Part shown: in pieces, positions 31,094 to 39,539 of the stretch
How the letters are laid out: the number at the start of each line of letters is the position of its first letter
Position numbering within the stretch: position 1 is the first letter of the stretch
DNA from: Patescibacteria group bacterium
GTDB taxonomy: Bacteria; Patescibacteriota; Patescibacteriia; UBA9570
Assembly (NCBI GenBank): GCA_024277435.1
Contig: JAJRVJ010000031.1
Span: forward strand, 11 to 64,010
Direction: 5' to 3'
Length of the DNA: 64,000 nt
Position numbers and translations under genes: made by a program
The notes under the pieces: generated by a model
Databases searched by the model: none
The model's input: only the letters and a program-made list of their open reading frames with translations
What the model was told of the DNA's origin: nothing

Positions 31094-32188
31094 TTATGGG
31101 ACGATTTTTGAACTTTTAGCTATGTTTGAAATGCGTAGTGCTAGATTATCAATAATTAAACGCATTAATTCTTTTGCATACACTTCATCTTCATCATTAA
31201 ACCAAATGAGGCCTGGCGTGATATTGCCCTTAATAAAATATATATGTCCGGTGCTGCTCTTGATAAAATCTAAAGCATAAAAACCGTCGTTAACTGGTAA
31301 CTGATCATTAATGTTCTTGGCCATACGTAATACACCTTTAGGAATATTGGTCAACGGTACATATACAACCGTGCTTCCACTACTTGCATTTGCTTTAAAT
31401 TCCCCAGGCTTGGGAATTCTTATATAACACTGAGTTATTTTTCCTGAGCAGACAATTACCCGTAAATCTATATTACCGCGAAGCTTTGAAAATTTAAAAC
31501 CAGATGCAGTAATTAGAGGTTGAAGTATATACAATATTGATATGTCGCGGTTACCAATACTCTGTAATTTAGTATCATTTGTAACTTTAAACACATTAGC
31601 ACCGCCTGCTCCATATTGATCTTTTAATACATATGAATCTGTAAAGTCTCCTGGATACTCATGAACTATCATTTTATTATGCAATTTCTCTTTAGCAGCT
31701 ATAATGCCAACGCCAGATTCAACGGATATTTTTACGGTGGGTATTGCAAATTCAGTAAACGTTTTATATGTTTTTAATTTATTGTCGAACACCTCACGAA
31801 TACGCTGATTATGAAAGAATATATATTCATTATTATTCGAGCGTAATTTTGTATTAAATTTCGCATTATATGTTTCTAGATTTGAAAACTTATCAAAAAT
31901 TATTTTCGTACTCGCTGTTTTATTTATTAGCTGCCATTTTTTGTTATACACCCATACTGCGGAAAATTTCCCACTATCAGTGATATCATACGTACTGACA
32001 AATGCAGCGCGTAGACCAATAGTTTTACAATAGCCTAAGAAATATTCATAACATTCATTATATGAATAATGTCCACCATTTTTTGAAAATGGTGACTGCT
32101 CAGTATATTCTGTATCACTAGCCCCCTCAGCAATAAATCCATCATACACGATTACTGCATCAAATTCTTCGACCTCTTCCATACGCAT
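31094..32188 (-). CDS. ATP-grasp domain protein
   Basis: C-terminal DLRVIV..G....CYIR......F.AN.SSGS..V.VPL pattern typical of ATP-grasp ligases. Confidence 0.55.
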   Translation of the reverse strand: MRMEEVEEFDAVIVYDGFIAEGASDTEYTEQSPFSKNGGHYSYNECYEYFLGYCKTIGLRAAFVSTYDITDSGKFSAVWVYNKKWQLINKTASTKIIFDKFSNLETYNAKFNTKLRSNNNEYIFFHNQRIREVFDNKLKTYKTFTEFAIPTVKISVESGVGIIAAKEKLHNKMIVHEYPGDFTDSYVLKDQYGAGGANVFKVTNDTKLQSIGNRDISILYILQPLITASGFKFSKLRGNIDLRVIVCSGKITQCYIRIPKPGEFKANASSGSTVVYVPLTNIPKGVLRMAKNINDQLPVNDGFYALDFIKSSTGHIYFIKGNITPGLIWFNDEDEVYAKELMRLIIDNLALRISNIAKSSKIVP

Positions 32189-32400
32189 TCCGTTACAAAT
32201 AAAAATACTAGCAGCCCTATACTGTTTACAACAAAAAACACCATGAGCTAAATGTGATCTACCAATATGGTAACTCTTAAATTGTACTTATGCAGAACAA
32301 TGACTATCTGCAAACATAGAGCACAATATGCATTCGAAAACAGTATAGCGTAAAACGGCTTAAAAATCAATGATGCGGTGTTATTGGGAGGAATTTCGAA

Positions 32401-33114
32401 CTACTTCTTTCGATATGGCGCCATAAATTCATCATATATTCTCTTTAATTCATCCTTAAAAAAACCAGATGGATCTTCAACGTTTTTATACAAAAAAATA
32501 TCCAAGGTACGCTTAGCCTTCGCAATATTAGTACCAATATGTTTTTCAGATACATCAAATTCAATGTTATCCATATCGCCAACTACAAAATCTAACTTAA
32601 CATCATCTTCTGAATCATCAACTAGAATAAAGTATGCATCTGAATCAATAAGCATCCTCTTTTCTCCTGTCTCACGTGCATGCTCTAAATATGTCCTTAC
32701 AAAATCTTCAAAACCTGGTAATGCTATTATCTTTGGTTTGTTAAAATCAGACAATCTGGAACCTTCCGTGTTCGTTCCAATACATGTTATATCATCACTA
32801 TGTGCAAACGTCATTAATACACTCTTTTTGTCCTCACTTATTCTATACGTAGGTAATACTTTTGCACCAAGCTCCTTGGCTCGTGTATGATTATTAAACG
32901 CAGAAACAGCCTTTTCTTCAGGACTACGTTTACCACCCCCAGAAAGAGGTCTTTCATTAAACTTCTTCTGAATAAAACGCCTTTCTTTTCCATTAATACT
33001 AGCTGTGACATCAAAAATATCTCCATAAAGTCCGCCGCTAATTCGTTGCTCATTCAGTATCTCTACGGAGGTTGATTGTTCTGGCTTTTTGTAGAATCGT
33101 TCTGTTCTCATCAT
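32401..33114 (-). CDS. hypothetical protein, possible atypical kinase-like fold
   Basis: Gly-rich SGGLYGDIF, Lys-containing RFIQKKF, DFG-like DFVVGDMDN; weak. Confidence 0.3.
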   Translation of the reverse strand: MMRTERFYKKPEQSTSVEILNEQRISGGLYGDIFDVTASINGKERRFIQKKFNERPLSGGGKRSPEEKAVSAFNNHTRAKELGAKVLPTYRISEDKKSVLMTFAHSDDITCIGTNTEGSRLSDFNKPKIIALPGFEDFVRTYLEHARETGEKRMLIDSDAYFILVDDSEDDVKLDFVVGDMDNIEFDVSEKHIGTNIAKAKRTLDIFLYKNVEDPSGFFKDELKRIYDEFMAPYRKK

Positions 33115-33227
33115 GAAAATATCCTACCATATGGCGAAAGAATAATAAATCACGTTTTTAACAAGACTTCATTGACATTGGATTTTTCGAACATAGAAGC
33201 CGTTAACAATAGCGGCTTAGGAGGTGT

Positions 33228-33244
33228 AGGGGTAGCAGGATTCG
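33228..33244 (-). repeat. 17-nt direct repeat of tRNA-Trp 3' end (att-like)
   Basis: AGGGGTAGCAGGATTCG identical to 33376..33392 inside tRNA-Trp; followed by GC-rich 130-bp spacer. Confidence 0.6.
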
Positions 33245-33374
33245 GTGCCCGGGGTTAGCGGTCGCGTGCCGCTGGCACCCGCCCGATCGCTCGATTACAT
33301 CTCGCTTCTAACCCTTCTCATCCTGTACCCCAAATAAAAATACCTCAGCCTAATGGCTGAAGTATTTTCATGTG

Positions 33375-33448
33375 CAGGGGTAGCAGGATTCGAACCCGCG
33401 ACGCCTGGTTTTGGAGACCAGCGCTCTGGCCAGCTGAGCTATACCCCT
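33375..33448 (-). tRNA. tRNA-Trp (anticodon CCA)
   Basis: manual fold: acceptor AGGGGTA/TACCCCT, D-arm GCTC..GAGC, anticodon loop CTCCAAA, T-arm GCGGG TTCGAAT CCTGC, discriminator G. Confidence 0.8.
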
Positions 33449-33634
33449 AATTTGCACTGCTATAGCGCGATGATTACTATATCAATTCTACACAAAAAGT
33501 AAAGTGAAGATAGTAATGAATTTCCTCAGGAAACGACTTCAGATGTACGATGTCTAACGCCCTGAGCCCTGGATAGGGTGAGACCTTCATGATCAACCCC
33601 TGGGTATTTTAGTAATTATTATGATTGTCTATGC

Positions 33635-34021
33635 CTACTGCACTATACTACCAATGAGATAGTTTTCTTTTAAGGCCTTTGCAACTGGAGAGTGAGTACC
33701 TTCACCACCCCGACTATTAAACATCTCTGTTGCATCTACGCCACAACCATTCAGTATAGATTTTTTTCCTGGATGTATATCTACATAATCAGTTACATCA
33801 TACACCTGATCATCAATAATCATCCAACAGTCATCCGCAGTGACATGCTTAGCAACTTAAGCTTCAGTGAATTCACTCTCGATAACCACATCCGTTATTG
33901 AATCAGATGAAGTATTTACATTCTCGTTAGCATTCGTGTTGGTAGTAGTATCTGTTGTTCGAGCACAACCAGCTAATGCTAGCAATAATATACTACAAAG
34001 AAGTAATAAAAATTTCTTCAT
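33635..34021 (-). pseudogene. lipoprotein with cytochrome b5-like heme-binding domain, interrupted by in-frame TAA (33857..33859)
   Basis: signal+lipobox MKKFLLLLCSILLLALAGC, then TAA, then in same frame VAKHVTADDCWMIIDDQVYDVTDYVDIHPGKK...GEGTHS (cyt b5 pattern). Confidence 0.45.
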
Positions 34022-34042
34022 GCACACTACTTGCTAAAAAAA

Positions 34043-34204
34043 TTATTTAATCTCCTTATGTGGCATATGTTTACCACATTTAGGACAATGTTTCTTCAAT
34101 TCAAGCTTACCAGCTTGTTGAAGTTTTTTCTTATTCTTCTGCGTATAGTAATTGATGCTCTTACACTCCTCACACTGCATCTTCGTTAATCTATCTTGTG
34201 ACAT
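34043..34204 (-). CDS. rpmG: 50S ribosomal protein L33
   Basis: 53-aa MSQDRLTKMQCEECKSINYYTQKNKKK...KHCPKCGKHMPHKEIK matches L33 Cys4 zinc-ribbon pattern; below ORF-track size cutoff. Confidence 0.75.
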   Translation of the reverse strand: MSQDRLTKMQCEECKSINYYTQKNKKKLQQAGKLELKKHCPKCGKHMPHKEIK

Positions 34205-34267
34205 ATTCTATATATATTCGGTTAATTGACTTGAACTATAGTATCGTAATTGTTGAATAAAATCAAG

Positions 34268-34343
34268 TGGAGCCACCTCGGGGACTCGAACCCCGGACCA
34301 ATAGTTTACAAAACTACTGCTCTACCAACTGAGCTAAGGTGGC
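34268..34343 (-). tRNA. tRNA-Thr (anticodon TGT)
   Basis: manual fold: acceptor GCCACCT/AGGTGGC, anticodon loop TTTGTAA, T-arm CGGGG TTCGAGT CCCCG, encoded CCA. Confidence 0.8.
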
Positions 34344-34350
34344 GTATTTA

Positions 34351-35259
34351 TTACGTTTTTGCTGTTAATTCAGCAAAGGCCAGATGCCACATGTTATAGA
34401 GAAACGTATTTTTAATACCTCTAATAACCAGGCCAACAGTGAAAAGAACTAGTAGAGCGAGAGCAATGACTATTCCTGCTCCAACCCAACCTGTCGAAGT
34501 ATATAAAATAAACCCTAAAATGGCAAGTGGTAACGCAATAAGTAGTATAATGCCGAAGGTCACAAACCCAACAACAATACGAACGAGTAATTCGAGCAGG
34601 AATACAACAATACTATCACTGAGGTTATTTTTGAATAGTTGCCAACCTTTTTTTAGACTATCAATTATTTTCTCGTCATGAAATACAACATATTGAGTAG
34701 CATATGCCATCACGGTACGAATAATACCTCCAGTTGGTAGGGCTAGTATCAATAAGATAATCACTACAGGAATTACGATAATTAATCCTATAATCGTAAT
34801 CGCTAGCAATATAAGTGGAATCGCAATGATGAGGCCAACAATTCCTAACGCAATAGATACCAATACGTGCAATCCAAGTACCGGCCAGAACTTTTTCCAG
34901 CCACCCTTCATCATGTCACCAAAACGCACTTTTTCTTTGCCTTGCCGAGCTTGATCGGCACCATAATATAATCCACCAATTGCGATGTAATGCAGAACAG
35001 CTGTTATAACGATAAGCAAAAATACAAGTACACCCAGAATTAGAAATGACCACCAAAACTGGAAGAAAAAATCTGCTACATCAAATCCAGAACCGAATAC
35101 TTCATTTACTGAAGAATCAAACTCTTCGGTTGAAATATCACCGCTTGGAATATTGAAACTACCTCCGCCGCCAGCAAGAATCATCATGCCAAGCCACCAC
35201 ATAGATTTGTGTTTTTTGGTGGTTTCAAAGGATTGTCGTAATAACTTTCCGTATTCCAT
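34351..35259 (-). CDS. hypothetical polytopic membrane protein
   Basis: 302 aa, multiple long hydrophobic helices, Gly-rich. Confidence 0.45.
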   Translation of the reverse strand: MEYGKLLRQSFETTKKHKSMWWLGMMILAGGGGSFNIPSGDISTEEFDSSVNEVFGSGFDVADFFFQFWWSFLILGVLVFLLIVITAVLHYIAIGGLYYGADQARQGKEKVRFGDMMKGGWKKFWPVLGLHVLVSIALGIVGLIIAIPLILLAITIIGLIIVIPVVIILLILALPTGGIIRTVMAYATQYVVFHDEKIIDSLKKGWQLFKNNLSDSIVVFLLELLVRIVVGFVTFGIILLIALPLAILGFILYTSTGWVGAGIVIALALLVLFTVGLVIRGIKNTFLYNMWHLAFAELTAKT

Positions 35260-35270
35260 ATATCATTGCT

Positions 35271-35329
35271 TGCCCTCCGAAGGAACGCAGGAGGGTGGGC
35301 AGGGAGGGTCCGCCTACGTCACCTACCAG
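35271..35329 (-). repeat. collapsed tRNA-Tyr pseudo-copy with trailer hairpin (direct repeat of 35643..35688)
   Basis: minus strand reads GGTAGGTG-ACGTAGGCGGA-CCCTCCCTGCCCACC-CTCCTGCGTTCCTTCGGAGGGC: 5' and 3' acceptor segments of tRNA-Tyr with middle deleted, plus same trailer. Confidence 0.6.
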
Positions 35330-35570
35330 TGACTTCGGAGGATAAAATTCGTTTATAGAGAAAACTTTTTCCCGATCCTTTTTTAAAGTATTTTTCTAAA
35401 TCTACAGCAGCTACTTTATTCTTTACAGCAAAATAAGCTTCAAGCTCTATTTTACCACGCTTTGCTGTATTTGATACCATGCCGCTGCGATACTCACTTA
35501 AGCGTCTTTGAAGATTGTTAGTAAATCCGACGTACAAATATCCATCGCGCTGACACCGTAATACATACAC
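35319..35570 (-). CDS. GIY-YIG nuclease family protein (UPF0213-like)
   Basis: MYVLRCQRDGYLYVGFTNNLQRRLSEY motif; 3' end runs into tRNA-Tyr-like remnant. Confidence 0.65.
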   Translation of the reverse strand: MYVLRCQRDGYLYVGFTNNLQRRLSEYRSGMVSNTAKRGKIELEAYFAVKNKVAAVDLEKYFKKGSGKSFLYKRILSSEVTGR

Positions 35571-35674
35571 ATAAATATATGCATATTCATGGATTAATTG
35601 TTAAGGATCGGACGCCTATGATTCAAGCCCAGTTTTGAGGGCCTGCCCTCCGAAGCTCCGAAGGAGCGCAGGAG

Positions 35675-35759
35675 GGTGGGCAGGGAGGGATTCGAACCCC
35701 CGTAGACCGAAGTCGCCTGGTTTACAGCCAGGTGCAATTGACCACTCTGCCACCTACCC
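35675..35759 (-). tRNA. tRNA-Tyr (anticodon GTA), long variable arm
   Basis: manual fold: acceptor GGGTAGG/CCTGCCC, anticodon stem CCTGG/CCAGG loop CTGTAAA, long variable arm, T-loop TTCGAAT. Confidence 0.8.
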
Positions 35760-35880
35760 AAGATCAATTTGTGCCAAAGTACTATACCATTTTAGAAAAT
35801 TTGGTCAAGTTATTGTTTTAATACAAGTGATATATGTTATACTGCTATTAACAGTCTTTCTATCATTAAATCTTTTTATC

Positions 35881-36783
35881 ATGATTAAACGAATGAGTAT
35901 ATTGGCCTCTACATTGTTTTTAGGTCTATCTATCGGAGTACAATCTGTTCACGCTGTAGCCGGCGTAGACACCAATCCAATTAGTGATGTCACAATAGAC
36001 GCCACCTTCTTAGTTACCGAAACTAATTCAACCTACACCGTTGAATTTACACTTGATGAAGATTTAGACCCGGCAGACTTTGAAAAGACTGGAACTATTA
36101 CCACTCCACAAATCACATTTTTTGCCACATTTGAAGGTAACGATAATGCTGGCAGTAATATCAATTTTAGTAATGCGATTGGGAATGTAGATGACGTTTT
36201 GAGTACCTATGTATTGGGTATGACCTTCCAAGATGATAGCTTTGTATTAGAAATGAATAGCGGCGATACACTACCAGCTGGCACCTATACCATTACGCTT
36301 ACGGGAGTAAATTCGCAAACCATTAATAATGGTTTTCAATCTCATCAAATTGGCGCAGCAATTTTTGGATTCCTAGGGACAGATGATTATTGTGGAAATC
36401 AATATGATAGAGCCAATGATGAATTCTTATGTACAATGAGTGCACCCTTCTTATTACAAAATGATGATTGGGCTGATAAATTTGGTAAGCTTGTTGTTAA
36501 GAAAGTAAAAAAACGGAAAGCTACTATTGATTGGCAATATTCTAACTACTGGGGCAACGCTGATAAAATTAAAATACAATTACGAAAACGCAATGGTAAA
36601 CTTGTAAAAAACTTTACTATTAATCAAAATCAACTGTATATGGGGAAAGAAAATCTTACGATTTCAAAAAAGTATTTGAAAAAAGGTAGGAAATATAAAG
36701 TACGAGCCAAATCCTATTACAGCACCGGTGATAAAACAACCTGGGGTAAGTATAAAAAATTCAAAACTAAGGGTAAGAAATAA
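35881..36783 (+). CDS. secreted protein with Lys-rich FN3-like C-terminal module
   Basis: signal peptide MIKRMSILASTLFLGLSIGVQSVHA; K-rich C-terminus like 7107..7955; upstream in-frame extension across tRNA-Tyr is artefact. Confidence 0.5.
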   Translation: MIKRMSILASTLFLGLSIGVQSVHAVAGVDTNPISDVTIDATFLVTETNSTYTVEFTLDEDLDPADFEKTGTITTPQITFFATFEGNDNAGSNINFSNAIGNVDDVLSTYVLGMTFQDDSFVLEMNSGDTLPAGTYTITLTGVNSQTINNGFQSHQIGAAIFGFLGTDDYCGNQYDRANDEFLCTMSAPFLLQNDDWADKFGKLVVKKVKKRKATIDWQYSNYWGNADKIKIQLRKRNGKLVKNFTINQNQLYMGKENLTISKKYLKKGRKYKVRAKSYYSTGDKTTWGKYKKFKTKGKK

Positions 36784-37146
36784 TTATTCTACGATAGCCG
36801 TTACTTGACCCAATATACTAGTCACTGGCAATACTCCAAAAGCACGACTGTCGTTACTATGATCTGCATTGAGTCCGCGCACTTCCACTTGATTATCATG
36901 AATCGCGTGTACATACTTAACTAAAACCCTATCTACCTGAAGGGGGTGTTGCACTAATACAACATTCCATTTTTGAATAGTGCAATTACTAATATGCTCT
37001 ACTAATACAAAATCCCCTGCCTTGAATACAGGCTCCATTGAATGCCCCGAAACTTGATAGCGTTTGCGTTTACGAAACAGCCAGAGTAAAAATTCTCTGG
37101 CTGTAATCTTGTATCGATTTCTCGTAATAGAACTATGCACTGGCAA
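36784..37146 (-). CDS. sodX: NiSOD maturation protease SodX (S26/S24-like serine peptidase)
   Basis: GHSMEPVFKAGDFVLV signal-peptidase-type Ser motif; immediately downstream of sodN. Confidence 0.6.
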   Translation of the reverse strand: MPVHSSITRNRYKITAREFLLWLFRKRKRYQVSGHSMEPVFKAGDFVLVEHISNCTIQKWNVVLVQHPLQVDRVLVKYVHAIHDNQVEVRGLNADHSNDSRAFGVLPVTSILGQVTAIVE

Positions 37147-37606
37147 CTACCCAATCAACATTTTTACCCTTAGCCTTCCAAAACATTGTATGCACCTTTT
37201 CAACAGCCTGCATGAGTTCTTCAGCATGCTGCACACTTACTTCATGTTTACAGGCTGATGTAAGCTTGGCTGCTTTCCAAAATACATCATGTAAGTCTGG
37301 AAATTTTTCTAAGTGCTCTGGTTTAAAAAAGTCTGTCCATAATACCAAGAGATGTTCCTTAGTTTTATAGGCCTCATCTTCTTTGATAAGAATATAGCGA
37401 GTGAGCGTGTTCTGGTAATGCAGCATCGCTTCTTTATCAGAGGAATCTGGCATTTCTAGCTCTACGATTTTCTTCGTCATAGCCAACACCGCTTCGGCAG
37501 CCACCCGAGCTTGAGCTGGATCGTATACTCCACACGGACCATCACAATGGGCGTGCACTTGTGGTGCAGGAGCGATTGTATTCAACATTCTTAATAACTG
37601 CTTCAT
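37133..37606 (-). CDS. sodN: nickel superoxide dismutase precursor
   Basis: propeptide then HCDGPCGVYDP Ni-hook motif. Confidence 0.85.
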   Translation of the reverse strand: MKQLLRMLNTIAPAPQVHAHCDGPCGVYDPAQARVAAEAVLAMTKKIVELEMPDSSDKEAMLHYQNTLTRYILIKEDEAYKTKEHLLVLWTDFFKPEHLEKFPDLHDVFWKAAKLTSACKHEVSVQHAEELMQAVEKVHTMFWKAKGKNVDWVVASA

Positions 37607-37627
37607 AATAGTTGTAAATATATGTAA

Positions 37628-37849
37628 TTAATCTGTGTGCATTGTAACTTTCCTGCGTCGCTTAATCGCTACATATATAACTGTAAACGCAAATACTAGA
37701 CTAATAATAGGAACGGCATGCTCCAGATTAATTAGATAGTGAATGAAGGACTCAGCCTCTTGATCAACAACCCCATGACCAGCATCAGCATTGACAATAA
37801 TTGGGGCCATTAGTGCGATAGTACTTGCTATGTATATGTGTTTACGCAT
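37628..37849 (-). CDS. small membrane protein, hypothetical
   Basis: 73 aa, signal/TM + C-terminal TM. Confidence 0.3.
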   Translation of the reverse strand: MRKHIYIASTIALMAPIIVNADAGHGVVDQEAESFIHYLINLEHAVPIISLVFAFTVIYVAIKRRRKVTMHTD

Positions 37850-37860
37850 AAATAAAAATA

Positions 37861-38214
37861 TTAATTAATTTTAAGTAATTCAACTTCAAATTTCAACGTT
37901 GCATTTGGTGGAATCGGTCCTACTCCTCGATCGCCATAAGCTAAATCGGGAGCAATAATTAATGTACGCTTTGTTCCTACCTGCATTCCAGCCACTCCAC
38001 GATCCCATCCTTCAATTACTTGTCCAGCTCCTAGATTAAAAATAAACGGTTGCTTACGCTCTACTGAGCTATCAAAAACGGTACCATCCTCTAAATATCC
38101 TGTATAATGCACGGTAACTTCGTTACCTGGAACAGCGAGATCACCTTTACCTGCACTCTCATTAAGATGATGTAAACCTTCGGTAATTTTTGTATATCCT
38201 GTTAAATCAAACAT
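37861..38214 (-). CDS. FKBP-type peptidyl-prolyl cis-trans isomerase
   Basis: [16 protein letters not shown]...[32 protein letters not shown]. Confidence 0.8.
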   Translation of the reverse strand: MFDLTGYTKITEGLHHLNESAGKGDLAVPGNEVTVHYTGYLEDGTVFDSSVERKQPFIFNLGAGQVIEGWDRGVAGMQVGTKRTLIIAPDLAYGDRGVGPIPPNATLKFEVELLKIN

Positions 38215-38414
38215 GACATTGTATTAATTATTTATGAAATCCATTGAAAATCTTCGTCGGTTGGACAGCATGGCACATCTTCATTGGTAGTAGTTTGCGA
38301 AAGGATAAGCCAACCCATAAGACCACCAATTATAAGAATCGCTACAACGATCATGATAATCATTTTGATACCCCCGTATTGTTCCACTCTATTCATACCT
38401 ATAGTATAGCAATA

Positions 38415-38855
38415 CTAATCCTTTTTTTGAATACGTAGTAACGAACCGGTAATAATCACAGCCGCAATTGTTTGCATCACTATCAAGGCAAGTTTTCCAT
38501 ATACAGGCGTATTGGCAGCATAAAACTGAATAGGGCCAATATATGAACCTAATGCAGTCACTACAGCAATAATCAGAAACCACCGTTGCGGACGTGTGGT
38601 CCATTTTAATAATTCTACATAAATAATGACTGCAGCTACTGCTGGTATAAGCGTTGCGGATATAGTTGCCAAATACGGCACTTCATACAAAGCTCCATTC
38701 GGTCCGCCTTGAGGAATAAGTAAAGTGATATCCAATACATTTACAATCAACCACTGCACAATAGCATTAACACCTGCAGCGATAATACCCGCTACAATAC
38801 CAGCGGACATTACGCGTTTATACAAAGCTTTAGAGATTGGTAGTTCTTCTGTCAT
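38415..38855 (-). CDS. hypothetical membrane protein
   Basis: 4 hydrophobic helices. Confidence 0.4.
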   Translation of the reverse strand: MTEELPISKALYKRVMSAGIVAGIIAAGVNAIVQWLIVNVLDITLLIPQGGPNGALYEVPYLATISATLIPAVAAVIIYVELLKWTTRPQRWFLIIAVVTALGSYIGPIQFYAANTPVYGKLALIVMQTIAAVIITGSLLRIQKKD

Positions 38856-38923
38856 CGCAGCTTAGTATACAGATATATTCCATTAATGCAACACTCATAG
38901 CGCCTCTCTTCTAATGTGTTAAC

Positions 38924-38964
38924 CCGTACTAGTTATCACTAAGTAATACTGATAACTAGTACGG
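38924..38964. repeat. perfect 15-bp inverted repeat CCGTACTAGTTATCA-N11-TGATAACTAGTACGG
   Basis: read directly; no flanking T-run; sits exactly at AT-rich/GC-rich junction. Confidence 0.7.
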
Positions 38965-39012
38965 TGAGCAGACCAGCTGTCACCGCGAGATGCTGGCTTG
39001 CGCCAGCGCACC

Positions 39013-39336
39013 CTAGTACGCTTCAACGTCGCCCGGCTGGAGAGTGAACTCCAGAGCCAGATCGTACTCCGGCAGGATAACCACCACGATGTCGTCGTCG
39101 GTTCCTCCCAGATCGTAGAGCGAGTCCACAGTCAGTTCATCCGGCACGTCGAGCTCAGTGAGGTCGGCCGAGTTGTCGGCGCAGTACGCCACAACCTGCC
39201 ACTCATCGCCCTCTTCGTCGGTGATGGTCCAGTTACCCACCTCTTCCCAGTCGCTGGGAATCGGCGGAGCCTCGCTCTCGATGTCGTACTTCGCGTCGTC
39301 GATGAGGCCCACTAGGGCACGCTTCAGCTCTTCCAT
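39013..39336 (-). CDS. highly acidic hypothetical protein in GC-rich islet
   Basis: 107 aa, ~30% D/E, GC-rich codon usage discordant with neighbours. Confidence 0.5.
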   Translation of the reverse strand: MEELKRALVGLIDDAKYDIESEAPPIPSDWEEVGNWTITDEEGDEWQVVAYCADNSADLTELDVPDELTVDSLYDLGGTDDDIVVVILPEYDLALEFTLQPGDVEAY

Positions 39337-39490
39337 GGCTTCTCCGGGGTATACTTTACCAAATCGGCAAAGGGATGGTCTGCTCTCAACCTCCGCTAGC
39401 TATCCTAAATATAACTACCAGCGCAGATAAAAAGCCTTAACGATAATAACGTTAGTAAATAATGAACAAATAGTCAATTATAAAACAAAA

Positions 39491-39522
39491 TACCGCTCGA
39501 TTATTTCGAGCGGTATTTGTAC
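39491..39522 (-). terminator. rho-independent terminator (ATACCGCTCG-loop-CGAGCGGTAT + TTTTGTTTTAT on minus)
   Basis: 10-bp stem followed by T-run on minus strand, just downstream of 39540..40523 stop. Confidence 0.65.
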
Positions 39523-39539
39523 CTGTTAATGACTTCTGC

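Noticed and set aside
33115-33634. Looked for integrase, recombinase or transposase genes to go with the att-like repeats at tRNA-Trp and tRNA-Tyr
   Set aside because: No such ORF is present in the window. The repeats are therefore reported as remnants or footprints rather than as an intact mobile element.
33857-33859. Possible stop-codon reassignment or readthrough (TAA) in the b5 lipoprotein gene
   Set aside because: TAA is used as the terminator of many clearly complete genes in the window, and large conserved genes are intact under code 11. A pseudogene or a sequencing error is more parsimonious.
35635-35880. Long N-terminal extension of ORF 35635..36783 reading through the tRNA-Tyr region
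   Set aside because: It overlaps the tRNA on the opposite strand; a clear signal peptide starts at the internal Met at 35881.
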